A stretch of 36,964 bases of DNA from Lama guanicoe. Taxonomy: Eukaryota. Made by a program: the position numbers and the translations under genes. How positions within the stretch are numbered: the first letter of the stretch is position 1; every line of letters begins with the position of its first letter. Below the pieces are notes generated by a model. That model worked only from the letters and a program-made list of their open reading frames with translations. It was not told where the DNA came from and ran no database searches. Location of the stretch: the NCBI GenBank assembly GCA_013239625.1, contig MU053823.1, forward strand, positions 813,565-850,528. The letters are read 5' to 3'. Below, in pieces: positions 24,495 through 36,964 of the stretch.

Positions 24495-25676
24495 TGAGAG
24501 GATGGAAAGTTCCAAGAAAGCTGGTGTCTAATCACCCGGGCAATAGGAGATGGATGGGCTAGAGAGGTCTCAGACATCTCCCCATGCTCCCTGAGTGCAC
24601 AGAGTATCTGTGAATGATGGCTTCATTTACTTTCCTCTTAAAAGTCTCTCCTATTCTTTTCTTCTCCAATGGTCTTACCTGACATAGTTTAATCTATTGA
24701 CCTACTTAAGATTAATCTTCATAATTTTTTTATATTTCATTTTTTGAAAGAGTGAAACCTTTGCAACTCACTACACATACACACTCCCTTTGCACGGTGA
24801 GCCTGTCGGAGGGAGGGGCAAGAATGTAGATGCACTTTCTGTGGTCGAGTTGTTTCTGTATGAATAGTGCGAGACACTATTTTGCACTAGGTTAGTGGCT
24901 GTGGGGGCAGAGGGGATATTATTAAACAAATTAGAGAGAAATTTGTGGCCAATATGTGCCAAATTTCAAGTCTCCTTTGCAAATTTAGACATAAACATTC
25001 ATAGCTCTTGGGCAGGTAGGAGCAGAGAACTGTGGATGAGATGTTCTGAGTCACAGGTTCCCCTTCTATTGTTACTAGAGAAGACTCTCTCTCCATTTTT
25101 TTCTTTTAAGACATCTGTATAAACTCAAACTTTGGAGGAACACTTAGCCATGCACTGACAAGCTAGTGGTGGAGGCAATGAAATATTAATGTCACCCAGT
25201 AAGTGGGTGTTATCTGTGGTGAGCCCAGATTTACTTCAGATGACAACATCTATCAACTGACTGGATCATTTAAACTTCATGTTTCACTAAACACCAGTCC
25301 TGCAGGGATATTACAATGTCCTTACCAAATCGTAGACCAGTGAAAAGATTACTGTCACGTTGTAGAGGCGAATGACTTTAGTCAACATGGAAAAGTGGGG
25401 TCATGTGAGATGGCACGCAGAAAAATTTTATGTCAGTGAGAAAGCCCTAGAATGAATCTTCTTCACAATCAACTCTATTTTTCACACAACATCTGTATTC
25501 ATTATTTTCTCTCAAAGTCTTATGCTACACTTCTGATACGCATATATTTAACTACATAAAATTTAGTTTGGAGATTGATAGCAAGTAAAGATTTGATTTG
25601 ATTGTTTTTAAAAGTTTTCCAGCACTATTTTTTGAATAATCTATCTTTTCTAATGATTTAAAATATTACCTTCCTT

Positions 25677-25826
25677 GGGGGATGATATATGTCAGTGGTA
25701 GAGGGCATGCTTAGCATGCATGAGGTCCTGAGTTCAGTCCCCAGTGTCCCTTCTAAAAGTAAATAAATGAATAAACCTAATTACCCCTTCAAGAAAAAAG
25801 GCAATAAAATTTTTAAAACTAAAATA
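25677..25826 (+). mobile_element. tRNA-derived camelid SINE (Vic-1-like), more diverged copy
   Basis: cagtggtagagggcatgcttagcatgcatgaggtcctgagttcagtccccag, A-rich tail, imperfect TSD aaatattaccttcctt / aactattaccctcctc. Confidence 0.85.
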
Positions 25827-28029
25827 AACTATTACCCTCCTCCAATACGATATTTCTACATATGTGTGTACGTGTGTCTTTGAGTCTATGAGATATTTAT
25901 ATTCTGCCCCAACCACTCTAGTTTATTGTTACACAAGAACATAACTGGTGTTATTACATTTAATACTTTATCCCCTTATCACATCAGCCTTCTATTTCAT
26001 AAATTTTCTTGCAGTTTTCACACACTCATTCTTCCACGTAAATTCTAAAATCAAGTAGAAAATAAAAAAGAAATAGTAATTTGTCTCAGAAGACTCTACC
26101 CTGATGTATATAAGACTTTATTGATAATTCAAAACATATTTGGGTATCTAACATGTGTCAGGCTACATAAAACAGTATACAAGAAATATTTCTTGCTCAT
26201 CATTTCTAAATTTGTAATCTCACGGAATTTATCTGTTACATAAAAAAATGCTTTAATTAGAGTGAGTAGCTTATGACCAAACTCCCAACCAAACCAGAAT
26301 AAAGGTCCCAGCCTGAGCCTCTCTGGGGAGAGGGAAATGGACAAATAATAAAGGACAAGCATGTTTTCTCTCACATTCGTTCCTGTATAAGTGGTCAAGC
26401 CACTCCTTCAGTTGTTTAATTTCTGTGGTGTCCTTGCTGCTCTCCCCCACTCTCTGTAGTGGGATGTTTATCCTGTTAGGACATTCCTTCTGAAACTCCA
26501 TAACATATGCTTCAAAGTTCACATTCTTATGTAATCGGAGTCCTTTACCAGAAAGAAGTCCACCGTGCACATAAACAACCATGAACACACTCAAAAGCCA
26601 GGCAAGCGTATTAAAATTGTTCTTTATGATTTGGGGGTCTTAATATTTTTCTTTGGATTATTTTCTCTCTATCTAAAATATGGTCCCTGGAGGACCAAAT
26701 CACGATCATGAGCCTTTTCTTTGGTCTCCCTCTTTCAATTTCATACTCCATCCACTTCCAACGTAACCTCCCACACACCCTCTCATACTCCACTGCTACA
26801 GAAGCCCTTCCCTTTTGGAGTCTCCTTTCCATGCATTTAAAGTTCTTAAGATTGTTTTTTCTTTCTGCAGTGGGAGAAACGGGAAAAGGTAACAGGGTTA
26901 GGTGGCAGATGGGAGGAGCACAGGGGACAAAATGTGCTAAAAGCTTTTTGGACAAGTATTTTTCCCAAAGTCTTTCTATCTTTCAACCATATTGAGGTTT
27001 TTGCAATTTGAAAGTCTCCAATTTATGTATGGCTTGTTTGCTTTCTGCGTTCTTCCTCTCAATTTCCTTTTATATATCATGCTGGCTTCTTGTCTTAAGA
27101 ATCCAAATAGGAAAGGAATACACAGTTGGCATATAGATAGGATTAAAATACATCAATTACCATCATTCTCTAGTATTTGCTAAGGTTCTCGTGTCTTGGA
27201 AGGAAAATCCCTACTGTGAAGTAATCAGCAATCTGAGCTGTCGCATATACCCCACTGAGAGCTCACTCCCACCTTCACCAATAAATCCTAGGCTTTTAGG
27301 AACAATGACTGGGATCAGCCCCTCCCTCTCTTACGACTCTCTGAGCTTCCTTAATATCCAAACTCATCTGTGGACAACTTCTTTCACAATCAGGTCACCC
27401 AAGAAATTCTTGGAATTCTTCACCATCAAAAATTATGAGAAAAATATGAAATCATAAAGGTAGATATGTTATAATATCAATATTTCTACCCTTGAGCCAT
27501 TAGTCTACAGTTTGGCTTGCATTCACGGATCCAGCCCTCATGATTTTTCCTACCTTCGGTGAGTTGAGTATTGGCTTCCGAGAAAAAACTGGCCATAATT
27601 CAAGCCCCCAAAGCCTCAGGATGGCCTTCTTACCTTGTCTGGCTCATAGGCTTCTAACCTCTTGAATCCCCATGGACTTTTTTCACTCTGGGTTAGTTCG
27701 GCTCTGCACCCAAGTCTGAATGCCCACTACCGTGCAGCTTCCTTGGGCCCTGTAGTTTCCAGGCCCCGACTTAAGGAATTCACATTTCTAACCAATCTCA
27801 AGATACACATTCTTGGAAATCAACCATTCCACACAGATCCTGCAAATCCTTCTGAATTTCTCTTCAGAAATTTGCTCATGAAAATGCAGTTATAACACTG
27901 TCAAATTCTCTCCCCATGCCCCACTCCTGGAAAAGAAAAGCTTTCACCCCATTGCCTGTGACATGTTGTTTCTATTTGCCAAGCCAGGTTTATGAACATT
28001 CACTGAGTTTGTTTGCTTGTTTCTCTTAG

Positions 28030-28338
28030 GATTTGTGCGTCTGGTTGGAGGGCACGGACCCTGCTCAGGGCAAGTAGAAGTGCGTTCTGAAGAAGACTGG
28101 ACTCCAGTGTCTGACGGAAACTTTACATTCCTCACAGCCCAGGTTATCTGTGCAGAGCTGGGCTGTGGCAAGGCTGTGTCTGTCCTGGGACATGTGCCAT
28201 TCAGAAGGTCAGGTGGTCAGATCTGGGCTGAGGAGTTCAGGTGTACTGGGGAGGAGCCTGAGCTCTGGTTCTGCCCCAGGGTGCCCTGTCCAGGAGGAAC
28301 CTGCCGCCACAGTGGAGCTGTTCAAGTTGTCTGTTCAG
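28030..28338 (+). CDS. WC1: SRCR domain exon, b-type
   Basis: cttag|GA TTT...TCA G|gtgaga, 309 nt. GFVRLVGGHGPCSGQVEVRSEEDWTPVSDGNF...CPRVPCPGGTCRHSGAVQVVCS, typical WC1 b domain. Confidence 0.93.
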
Positions 28339-28430
28339 GTGAGATGCGGATCAGGACTCTAACCTCCCTGCACACCCTGGTCAGGTAAGAAAAACATGAG
28401 ATTTTGCTGAGCTCCTGTCTTTTCTACCAG

Positions 28431-28748
28431 CATACACAGAAGTGCGGCTCATGAACAACAGCACGTCTCAGTGTGAGGGACAAGTGCAGATGCATATTTC
28501 TGGAGGATGGAGAGCGCTCTGTGCCTCCCACTGGACCATGGTCAACGCCCATGTTGTCTGTCGTCAGCTCGGCTGTGGAGTCGCCACCTCCACCCCCAGA
28601 GGACCATACTTTGTTAAAGGAAGCAATCCGATCTGGAAAGCCCGATTTCACTGCTCGGGGGCTGAGTCCTTCTTGTGGAATTGCCCTGTGACTACCCTGG
28701 GTGCTCCTGACTGTGCCCACGGAAACACAGCCTCTGTGATCTGCTCAG
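28431..28748 (+). CDS. WC1: SRCR domain exon, c-type
   Basis: ctaccag|CA TAC...TCA G|gtgaga, 318 nt. AYTEVRLMNNSTSQCEGQVQMHISGGWRALCASHW...DCAHGNTASVICS. Confidence 0.93.
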
Positions 28749-28870
28749 GTGAGAGAGAGGGAGGGGCTGACTGGTACTCAGGATGCTCCTTGTGTGAAAT
28801 GTCCCCAAGAGCAGAGAGTGAGGGAAAACTGACTTCAAACATAAGATTTTCATGGTGAAATGTTTATTCT

Positions 28871-29576
28871 TGTTACTGAATTCAGGTTTGGCAACTCATC
28901 ACTCAAGAATCCAATACTGAGAGACAAGCATTGGGTAAAAGGAAAATAGCTTTATTGAGGAAGCCGACAATCCTGGGGAGATGGCAGACTAATGTCCCAA
29001 AAAGCCAACTCCCCATTGCCAATTGGGGCCAAGAGTTTTTAAAGGGAAACTTCAGGGGTGTATAGGCAGTAGGGGGTAGGGACGAGCTACATGCAGAGCA
29101 GCATAGTTAACTCTGACAGTCATCTTGAAGTTGGTCATATGGTAGTCTGATCAGTGTCAATTGATTGTTTTAAGAACAATTAATTTTCAGTTCTAGGATT
29201 GCTTTGTTCCCATTTCCTTGAGGCCAGTTCATGGAATTGTGTAAAATGGAACAGTTTATGTCATAGTTACAGTCTGGTCATCATGCAGTTAACTTCTTCA
29301 CCTGGTGGGAGTTTCAGTAGCTACAAAACAGTTCAAAGGATATGGCTCAGAATATTATCTAGAGCCCAGAGGAGGAACTCAAGATCCTTGACTTTTGTTT
29401 AATGGCTAAACTATTATTATTTAGTCTTGTTTGACTGTTTTCCTTTGTTTCTGCATTTTTTCATTTCTCTGATTAAATTTATTCTTTGGCCAAAATTCTT
29501 CTACAGACAAGAGGCAAATGAGGGTCATGGGGGTGGTCTGTCCTGGGAAGGACCCATAGGGCTTTGCTCCATTGCA
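28871..29576 (-). mobile_element. Solo LTR, probably class I (ERV1-like), about 706 bp
   Basis: TG...CA termini, 4-bp near-TSD ttct/ttgt, antisense AATAAA (tttatt near 28952) close to the left end. Confidence 0.7.
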
Positions 29577-29629
29577 TTGTCATTGTTCATTCATATTTCA
29601 AGTCAAAGAAAGAAAGTTTAAGAGGAATA

Positions 29630-30930
29630 ATTTTTTTAAGGAAATGTTATTTAAGTACAATCATGGAGAACAATGTACAAACAGTAAGTGTGTCCTTCAG
29701 TCATGTACCCAACCCAGAATAACAAAAGAACATTAACAGCAACACAGAAGTCGCCGTTGCACGCCAGTAACTATGGCCTCCCTCCTCTCCAGTGAACACC
29801 ACTTACCTCACTTCTGCTACCATAGAATATTTTGTCAGTTTTCGAACTTTATATAAAATCATGCATTATGTTTTCTTTGGTTTCTAAATTGTTTGACTCA
29901 ACATTATGTTTGAGATTCATTCATGATGTTGTTTAGAGCAGCACTTTATTCATCCTTATTACTGGAGAGTATTCCTTTGAATGATCACATGACCATGTAT
30001 TGATCCATTCAGCTGATGGGCGAGATCTGAATTGTTTCCAGTTCTTGTCTATTACAAATACAGGGCTACAAATGACCATGACAGTGACTTTTGGTGCAAA
30101 TACATGTTATTTATTTTGTGTGTTTAACCCTTGGTCTTTTATTTTTATTTTCTTAATAGTATGGTGTTCTTCAGTGAGCCAAGTTCTTAATCTTAAGGAA
30201 GTATAATTTATAAAATTTTTCCTATATATTTACCTCTCCTTATATCCTTTTAAAAGTAACTTTGTCTACTCCAAGATGACAAAAAATACTCTCCAAGAAT
30301 ATCTCATAGAAGTTGAATCATTTTCCTTTTGTATATAATTATACATTCCTTCTGGGTTTGAGATCTGTGTAAGATAAGTGTCAAGTTTCATATTTTTATA
30401 TGGATATCCAACTGACTCAGAATCTTTTTCTGAAAAGACTCTTTTCCCTGTTTCACTGCCACCTTTGTCAAAAGCAGCATGCATGTACATCTGAGTCTTT
30501 TTTAAGACTCTCTGTTCTGTTCCATTGTATCATTTGGCTATCCTTGCACCAATACCACATTTTCTGAATTATTCTAACTTTATGGTAAGCCTGGATAACT
30601 TTCATTTGCAGGAGTTACTTTATATTAACTCCTCTAACTTTGTTGCTTTTCTTGCTGTTAGTCATCCTTCATTTTTGTATTTTGTATAAATTTTAGAATC
30701 AACTTGTCATTACTCACACACACACACACACACAAAGCATAAGGGTATTTTAATTGAGATTAGATTTAGTCTACATATAAATTTGAGGGTCACTTTGACA
30801 ATACTGAGTCTCCCAATTCACTGACATGATATTCCCCTCCATTCAAGTAGGTCTTGAATTTCTCTCAGAGGTTTTGCACAGCTTTTTACTAGGTTTTCTC
30901 CTAGGCGTTTTATGATTTTGATGTTATTAG
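29630..30930 (-). mobile_element. Old L1 3' fragments (L1ME/L1MC-type) with a (CA)n tract at about 30715-30735
   Basis: caacattatgtttgagattcattcatgatgttg, ttgtttccagttcttgtctattacaaata, ttgcaccaataccaca. Confidence 0.7.
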
Positions 30931-31149
30931 CTTTTCTTATAGTGAAGGTGCCCTAGGAATGAATTCTCTCTGACCTATACCCGGATCCCCCCAGTGTTAG
31001 TATTTTACTTTAATCTTTTTCTCTCTGCTTCTCTCTCCACCTCCCTTTCTACCCTCCTTCTGCCCGATTTCTGCCCAAATATGTACAATCTTTCTGAATT
31101 AGATTGTCCCTTTACCTCTAAATTACTTGAAGGAATTTCCTTATAAAAC

Positions 31150-31328
31150 TATAGTTCAGTCAAGCCTTCAGGTGACTTCAGCCCCACATGAGAGACCCCC
31201 AGGTTAGAACTACCAAGATGAGTCTCCCCCAAATTACTAACCCAGGAAATCATTAGAAAAAAATTTTTTTTGCTTCAGCTGCTAAGTTTGGCGGGAAATT
31301 TTGTTATAGAGCAGTAGTAACCAGTACA
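31150..31328 (+). mobile_element. MaLR (MLT1-type) 3' fragment
   Basis: cagtcaagccttcaggtgacttcagccc..gctaagtttgg..ttgttatagagcagtagtaaccagtaca. Confidence 0.65.
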
Positions 31329-31974
31329 CCTGCCATGTGACCAGCACTTCTAAACAGAGGAATATTTGTCCTCCGATCTTCAATTTTACTGTTTCTAACT
31401 TCTGCTAATCTACTGTGCTGATACACTCATTCTTTAGTTCTTCATTTCAGCCGTTAATTTTTTCAGCTCTAGACATTTGTTGATTGATTGATTGATTGTT
31501 ACCATTTCTCTGCTCAGATACACAACTGGTCAACTAATTATATGAGCATTTATGGCTATTTAAATTCTCCGTCAGTTAACTAACAGCTGAATACCCTTGG
31601 AAATTCTTTCTATCTCCATTTTTCTCTTGGTTTTCCATAAGATCTGTTTTAAATAAGTATTTTTTAATGAGAGACATTGTAGGTGAAAAATTGTAGCAAT
31701 CCATCACAGGATTTTATTTTGCTTCCTCCATTTAAGTATAGATTCAGGGATAGAACACCTTATTTAATTCATTCTTAACGCAATGCTTGGCTTAAAACAG
31801 AAAATTTGGCGTTGTCAGAACACTCCATTGAGAATGCGAACTTTAAAATTAGGATAATTTTACTGCTATGTTACAGCTTTCATCTCAGACCTGATCAGCA
31901 GGTCATTATTTGGTTTAATTCAATTTCCTGTTCTTCAACCCTCTGATCATTGCTGTCCTGCAGGAAACCAGACC

Positions 31975-32620
<646 letters not shown>

Positions 32621-32721
32621 GGGGCTGGGCCTTCCTGCTCAGCAGCAGCTCCTGGCAGGGCCGTTTCTTACAGTTTCCACGTGAAAGCAGGGCTCACTCT
32701 TCAGTTACCTCTTAAACCCAT

Positions 32722-33244
32722 TGTACTAGTTTCCGTTTGCTTCTCTAACAAATTACTACAGTGTTTAAAAGAACATATATTTATTGCCTTTCAGTTCTGT
32801 AGTTTAGTTGTCCAACAGGGATCTCCCTGGGCTAAAGCCAAGTTTTCAACAGGGCCACATGACTTCTGAGGCTCTGGGGAAGAATCCATATCCTGTCTTT
32901 CCAAGCTTTTAGAAACTACCTGCGTTCTTTGGCTCAGAGCTCCATTCATCTAACATCAGATCAGCAAAACTGCATGTCTCTAACCATTATCTATAGTCAC
33001 ATCACTCTGCAATCAGAGCCAGTAAAAGTATTCCACTTCTAATGATAGTAGGTCTAGGAGTGTGATTAGACTGGGCTCACATGTTTAATCCACAATGTTC
33101 CAGCTTAATCTGACCATCCCATGGTCCTTGACTTAATCATATGTGTAAAATCCCTTTTGCCAAATAAGGTAGCATTTTCAGATTGCAGGGACTGGGATGC
33201 GGACGTCTCTGGGGGAGTCCACCCTTCTGCCTGCCTCCCTACTA
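32722..33244 (-). mobile_element. MaLR solo LTR (MLT1D-like)
   Basis: tgtactagtttcc..aacaaattac..cagttctgtag..ctgggctaaa..gaggctctggggaagaatcc..tgattagactgggctcac..aaaatcccttttgcca. Confidence 0.75.
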
Positions 33245-33442
33245 TCCACATCCCTTTCACATACTCTTCCACGGGTTTTTCAGGAAGTGGGATTCAGCTC
33301 CAATATGGTAGCATTTTCACAGGTTCCAGGGACTGGGATGTGGACGTCTCTTGGGGGGTCCACCCTTCTGCCTGCCTCCCTAGTATCCACATCCCTTTCA
33401 CATACTCTTCCACGGGTTTTTCAGGAAGTGGGATTCAGCTCC
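33160..33442. repeat. Tandem duplication, about 140-bp unit, two copies
   Basis: ggtagcattttca...caggaagtgggattcagctcc at 33168-33301 and 33307-33442, few mismatches. Confidence 0.95.
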
Positions 33443-33617
33443 CCCTCCCTGCAGGGTGCCCAGATCAGTGTTCCTCTCAGTTCATTTTCCATCACATCAT
33501 TGTGGTAGAAATTGAAAGACAGACACAAATGGACAAAGTCAGGAAAAAGGGAAACAAATTTCAGTCTTGTCACCTAGTGAGTATCTCCTCAGCAGGGTCA
33601 GGGATGAGTGTTCACAG

Positions 33618-33863
33618 TTTCTGGGAGAGAGGAACACCCAGATCTTTGAGTGGAGTGTCAACTGTGCCCTGTTTCCCCCTTTCAATTTTAGAGTTCCTGG
33701 CCCTGAGGATGGTGAGCGAGGACCAGGAGTGTGCCGGGTGAATTTCTGTGAGAGGAGCACCCAGATCGTTGAGTGGAGTGTCAACTGTGCCCTGTCTCCC
33801 CCTTTCAATTTTAGAGTTCCTGGCCCTGAGGATGGTGAGCGAGGACCAGGAGTGTGCTGGGTG
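33618..33863. repeat. Tandem duplication, about 123-bp unit, two copies, spanning the e-exon acceptor
   Basis: tttctg..cacccagatc..caattttag|AGTTCCTGGCCCTGAGG..GGGTG at 33618-33740 and 33743-33863. Confidence 0.95.
33692..33741 (+). pseudogene. Duplicated 5' stub of the e exon ending in a stop codon
   Basis: ttttag|AG TTC...GCC GGG TGA encodes EFLALRMVSEDQECAG*. Confidence 0.85.
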
Positions 33864-33995
33864 GCTGGAAGTCTTCTACAACGGGACTTGGGGCAGAGTG
33901 TCGGAGAACTGATACCTTTCTCTGGGAGTGTCCTTCTGACCCTTGGAAATACGATTCCTGTTCTCCAAAGGAGGAAGCTTACATCTCCTGTGCAG
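33815..33995 (+). pseudogene. WC1: SRCR e-type exon with internal deletion and frameshift (181 nt)
   Basis: EFLALRMVSEDQECAGWLEVFYNGTWG joined out of frame to CRRTDTFLWECPSDPWKYDSCSPKEEAYISCA G|gtgact. In-frame TGA at 33910-33912. Confidence 0.9.
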
Positions 33996-34146
33996 GTGAC
34001 TTACTGCCTGTTTCTATGTGTATGTCCCAACCCTCTAGGATGTTGCTAGTGAGATTTTATATTTTCAAATCTAATTGATGACTTTAAGTTGAATCCACAA
34101 AATGAAATATGGCTGGAGCTAATTTAATCTACATGTGCCAACCTTG

Positions 34147-36840
34147 TTTTTTTTTTTCATTTTTAAACAAGATATAATTGACATAACATTATATTAGTTT
34201 CAGGCTTATAACATAATACTTACATATTTATATATATTGGTATATGATCACCACAATAAGTCTATTAATATCCATTGCCATAAAAAGTTACAATTTTTCC
34301 TTATGCTGAGCACTTTTAAGATGTATTTTCTTATCAACTTTCAAATAGACAACACAGTATTAACTATAGTCACCATGTTGTACATTACATTAGCCATGAT
34401 TTATGAATTTTATAGCTGAAAGTTTATATCTTTTAACCACCTTCACCCACTTTTTGCCCAAACTAACCACCCACCTCTGACAACCATCAAACTGTTCTCT
34501 GCATCATTGAACTTGTTTTTTTGTTATAAGATTCCACATTTAAGTGAGATCATATTGTATTTTTCTTTCCCTATCTAATTTATTTCAGTTAGCATAATGC
34601 CCTCGAGGTCCATCCATGTTGTTGCAAATGGCAAGATTTTCTTCTTTGTTAACTTTTTTATGGTTGGTATACAAATATATATATATATATATATTTTTTT
34701 TTCTTTTTCTTTTAGCCATTCATCCATCAGTGAAGACTTACGTTGCTTGGCTATTGTAAATAATGCTGCAGTGAACTTTGGAATGCATCTTTACAACTTA
34801 ATGTTTTCATTTCCTTTGGATAAATTGCCAGAAGTGAAACTGCTAAATCATAGGGCAGTGCTATTTTTAATTTTTGAGGAACATCAATACTGTTTTCCAT
34901 AGTGGTTGCACCAACTTACGTTCCCCTAGCAGTGCACAGGCCTTCCCTTTTCTCTGCATCCTCACCAACTCTTGCTATTTCATGTCTTTTTGGTAACAGC
35001 CATTTTAGCAGATGTAAGATGGTATCTCATTGTGGTTTTGATTTGCATTTCCCAGTTGAGCACTTTTTCATGCACCTATTGGTCAAGTATATGTTTTCTT
35101 TGAAAAAATATCTATTCAGATCTTCTGCCTATCTTTTAATCAGATTGTTTAGTTTTTTGCTATTGAGCTGTATGAGTTCTTTATACATTTTGGATATTAA
35201 CCTTTATCAAAAATATAATATATTTTCTCCAGTTCTAAAGGTTGCCTTTTCATTCTGTTGATGGTTTCCTTTGCTATGCAGAAGCTTTTTAGTTTTATGT
35301 AGTCCCACTTGCTTATTTTTGTTCTTATTGCCTTTGCTTTTGGTGTCAAATCCAGAAAATCGTCCCCAAGACTGACATCAAAGAGCTTTTTTTTCCTTCT
35401 AAGAGTTTTATGACTTTAGGTCTTTTGATCAAGTCTTTAATCCATTTTGAGTTAATTTTTGTGTATGGTGTAGACAGGGGTCCAGTTTCATTCTTTATCA
35501 TGTAGCTGTCCAATATTCCTGAGACCTTTTATTAAAGAGACTGTCCTTTCTTCACTGTGCATTCTTGTCCTTTGTCAAAAATTAATTGACCATATAAATT
35601 TGAGTTTGTTTTTGGGCTCTCTGTTATGTTCCATTGATCTCTGTGCCCATTTTTATACCAATAGCATGCTCTTTTGGTTGATGTAGTTTTGTAATATAGT
35701 TTGAAATCAGGAAACATGACACCTCCAGCTTTGTTCTTCTTTCTTAAGATTGCTTTGGCTATTTGGGGTCTTTTGTGGTTCCATACAAATTTTAGGATTG
35801 TTTGCCCTGTATCTGTGAAAAATTCCATTGAAATTTTGATAACAATTGCAGTGAATTTGTAGGTTGCTTTGGGTAGTGTGGGCATTTTAACAATATTAGA
35901 TCTCCATAAGCACAAACTATCTTTCCATTTATTTGTATCTTCTTCAATATCTTTCTTCAATGTTTTATAGTTTTCAGTATACAGATCTTTCACCTCCTTG
36001 GTTAAATTTATTCCTAGATATTTTATTCTTTTGGATGCAACTGAAAATAAAATTGTTTTCTTAATTTTTCTTTCTGCCAGTTTGTTGTTACTATATAGAA
36101 ATACAACTGATTTTTGTATATAGATTTTTGCATCCTGCATCTTTCCTAAGTTTATTAGTTCTAACAGTTTTTTGGTGGAGTCTGTAGGGTTTTTTATATA
36201 CAGTATCACATAATCTGCAAATAGTGTCAGTCTGCCTCTTCTTTTCAGATGTGGATGCCCTTATTTTCTTTCTCTCGCCTGATTGCTCTGGCTAAGACTG
36301 CCAAAACTATGTTGAATTAAAGTGGTGAGAGTGGACATCTTTGCCTTGTGTCTGATCTTAGGGGAAAATGTTTGTAGCATTTTATAGGTGAGTATGATGT
36401 TATCTGTAGTTTTGTCATATGGCCTTTATTATATTGAGGTACAATTCTGCTATATCTACTTTGTAGAGAGGTTTTTTAAAATCATAAATGGATATTGAAT
36501 TTTGTCAAATGTTCTTCCTGCATCTAATGAGAGGGTAAGATTTGTACCCCTCATTTTGTTAATTTGGTGTATCACATTGTATTAATTTGTGGTTGTTGAA
36601 CCATCCTTGCATCCTTGGAATAAATCTCACTTGATCATGGTACATGAAGCTTTTAATGTATTGTTGAATTCCATTTTATAATATTTTGTCGAGGATTTTT
36701 GCATCTATATTTATCAGGAATATAACCTGTAATTTTCTTTTCTTGTAGTGTCCTTGTCTGGTTTTGGTATCAGGATAATGATGGCCTTATAAAATGAGTT
36801 TGGAAGTGTTCCTTTCTTCTGTTTTTGGAAGCATTTGAGA
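34147..36840 (-). mobile_element. 5'-truncated L1 (L1MA9-like): polyA, 3'UTR and ORF2 C-terminal part
   Basis: Poly-T at about 34147-34165. ORF 35532-36209 is an L1 ORF2 segment ([14 protein letters not shown]...FKLYYK). Confidence 0.92.
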
Positions 36841-36841
36841 A

Positions 36842-36936
36842 GGCTCCACTGCTTAATACCATTACATTGGGAATTAGAATTTCAACATATTGAAATAAAT
36901 AAATGTTAGTGGGGTAACAAATATTCAGACCATAGC
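36842..36936 (-). mobile_element. MaLR (MST/MLT1A-type) terminal fragment
   Basis: cttaataccattacattgggaattagaatttcaacat..aaatattcagaccatagca. Confidence 0.6.
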
Positions 36937-36964
36937 ACTTTACTTTTTTTTTTTAACATTTTTT

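Noticed and set aside
28381..28390. Strong cryptic donor CAG|GTAAGA in the b-c intron
   Set aside because: It leaves only a 46-nt intron and shifts the frame; no support for use.
33121..34049. ORFs of 206 and 160 aa with internal repeats
   Set aside because: They arise from the tandem duplications over MaLR and intron sequence; only the e-exon stub is true coding homology.
35532..36209. Longest ORF in the window (225 aa)
   Set aside because: Degenerate L1 ORF2 segment within a truncated L1.

Overview
Mammalian genomic DNA, very probably a camelid (two Vic-1-like tRNA-derived SINEs), from a WC1/CD163-family (group B SRCR) gene cluster. On the + strand is a WC1-like gamma-delta T-cell co-receptor gene: leader exon (18239), then SRCR exons in the order d-b-c-linker-d-e, running off the window end. 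It has no a1 domain (a 'd1-type' architecture), carries a dead copy of the linker exon in front of d1, and its e exon is broken by a duplicated acceptor with a stop codon plus a frameshifting internal deletion. Head-to-head on the - strand, and not obvious from the ORF track, is the decayed 3' half of another WC1/SCART-like gene (half d' exon, intact TM exon, three cytoplasmic exons with mutated tyrosine motifs, polyA signal; about 9.3-13.1 kb). A second, paralogous TM exon at 248-395 has its own ATG and no SRCR exon upstream, making it a candidate 'headless' WC1-tail-derived small membrane protein gene. The rest is L1, SINE, solo LTRs, MaLR and MER45 repeats. Family and subfamily names come from recalled consensus sequences, not from searches.
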